A stretch of DNA of 64,000 nt, taken from positions 27,511,673 through 27,575,672 of the forward strand of contig OZ037766.1 in NCBI GenBank assembly GCA_964035545.1. Reading direction: 5' to 3'. The stretch comes from Bugula neritina (lineage: Eukaryota > Animalia > Bryozoa). Each line of letters opens with the position of its first letter. The stretch's first letter is position 1. The notes under the pieces were generated by a model, which was given only the letters and a program-made list of their open reading frames with translations, ran no database searches and was not told the DNA's origin. Below are positions 63,926 through 64,000 of this stretch, one piece after another. The translations under genes and the position numbers were made by a program.

Positions 63926-64000
63926 GTAAAAATGCTCAGTTTCTGCCATGGAAACTGTTTTGTACAGCTCATACTGTACTGAATTGGGTCAGATGGTAAC

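Overview
AT-rich eukaryotic genomic DNA with GT-AG spliced genes; gene content suggests an invertebrate animal, and the species cannot be determined from sequence alone. Most ORFs in the track are spurious or are exon fragments, so I assembled gene models by hand from splice sites and reading phase. Left to right: (1) a small minus-strand coiled-coil gene (ATG 2221), head-to-head with (2) a complete 9-coding-exon NME7 (4830-14626, 376 aa); (3) about 11 kb with no recognisable CDS; (4) a 3-exon minus-strand orphan gene (26314-34410, 232 aa, rich in basophilic kinase motifs); (5,6) two tandem rolling stone-like (FAR-17a/AIG1-like) membrane-protein paralogs (38935-44859, 47621-51495); (7) an ITM2-like type II membrane BRICHOS protein (54163-62267), head-to-head with (8) the 5' part of MFSD1 (62675 to beyond the window end). 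Repeats include two tRNA-derived SINEs, a ~506-bp long-TIR DNA element with an 8-bp TSD, and micro- and minisatellites. The most notable observations are: an atypical acidic, Cys-free, His-cluster C-terminal peptide on the BRICHOS protein; a sharply bounded 146-bp near-identical tract shared by otherwise divergent rost paralogs; a five-fold tandem amplification of an NME7 splice acceptor in which only the last copy gives an intact protein; an intronic minisatellite made of RORE, E-box and AGGTCA motifs; and several canonical RFX X-boxes.
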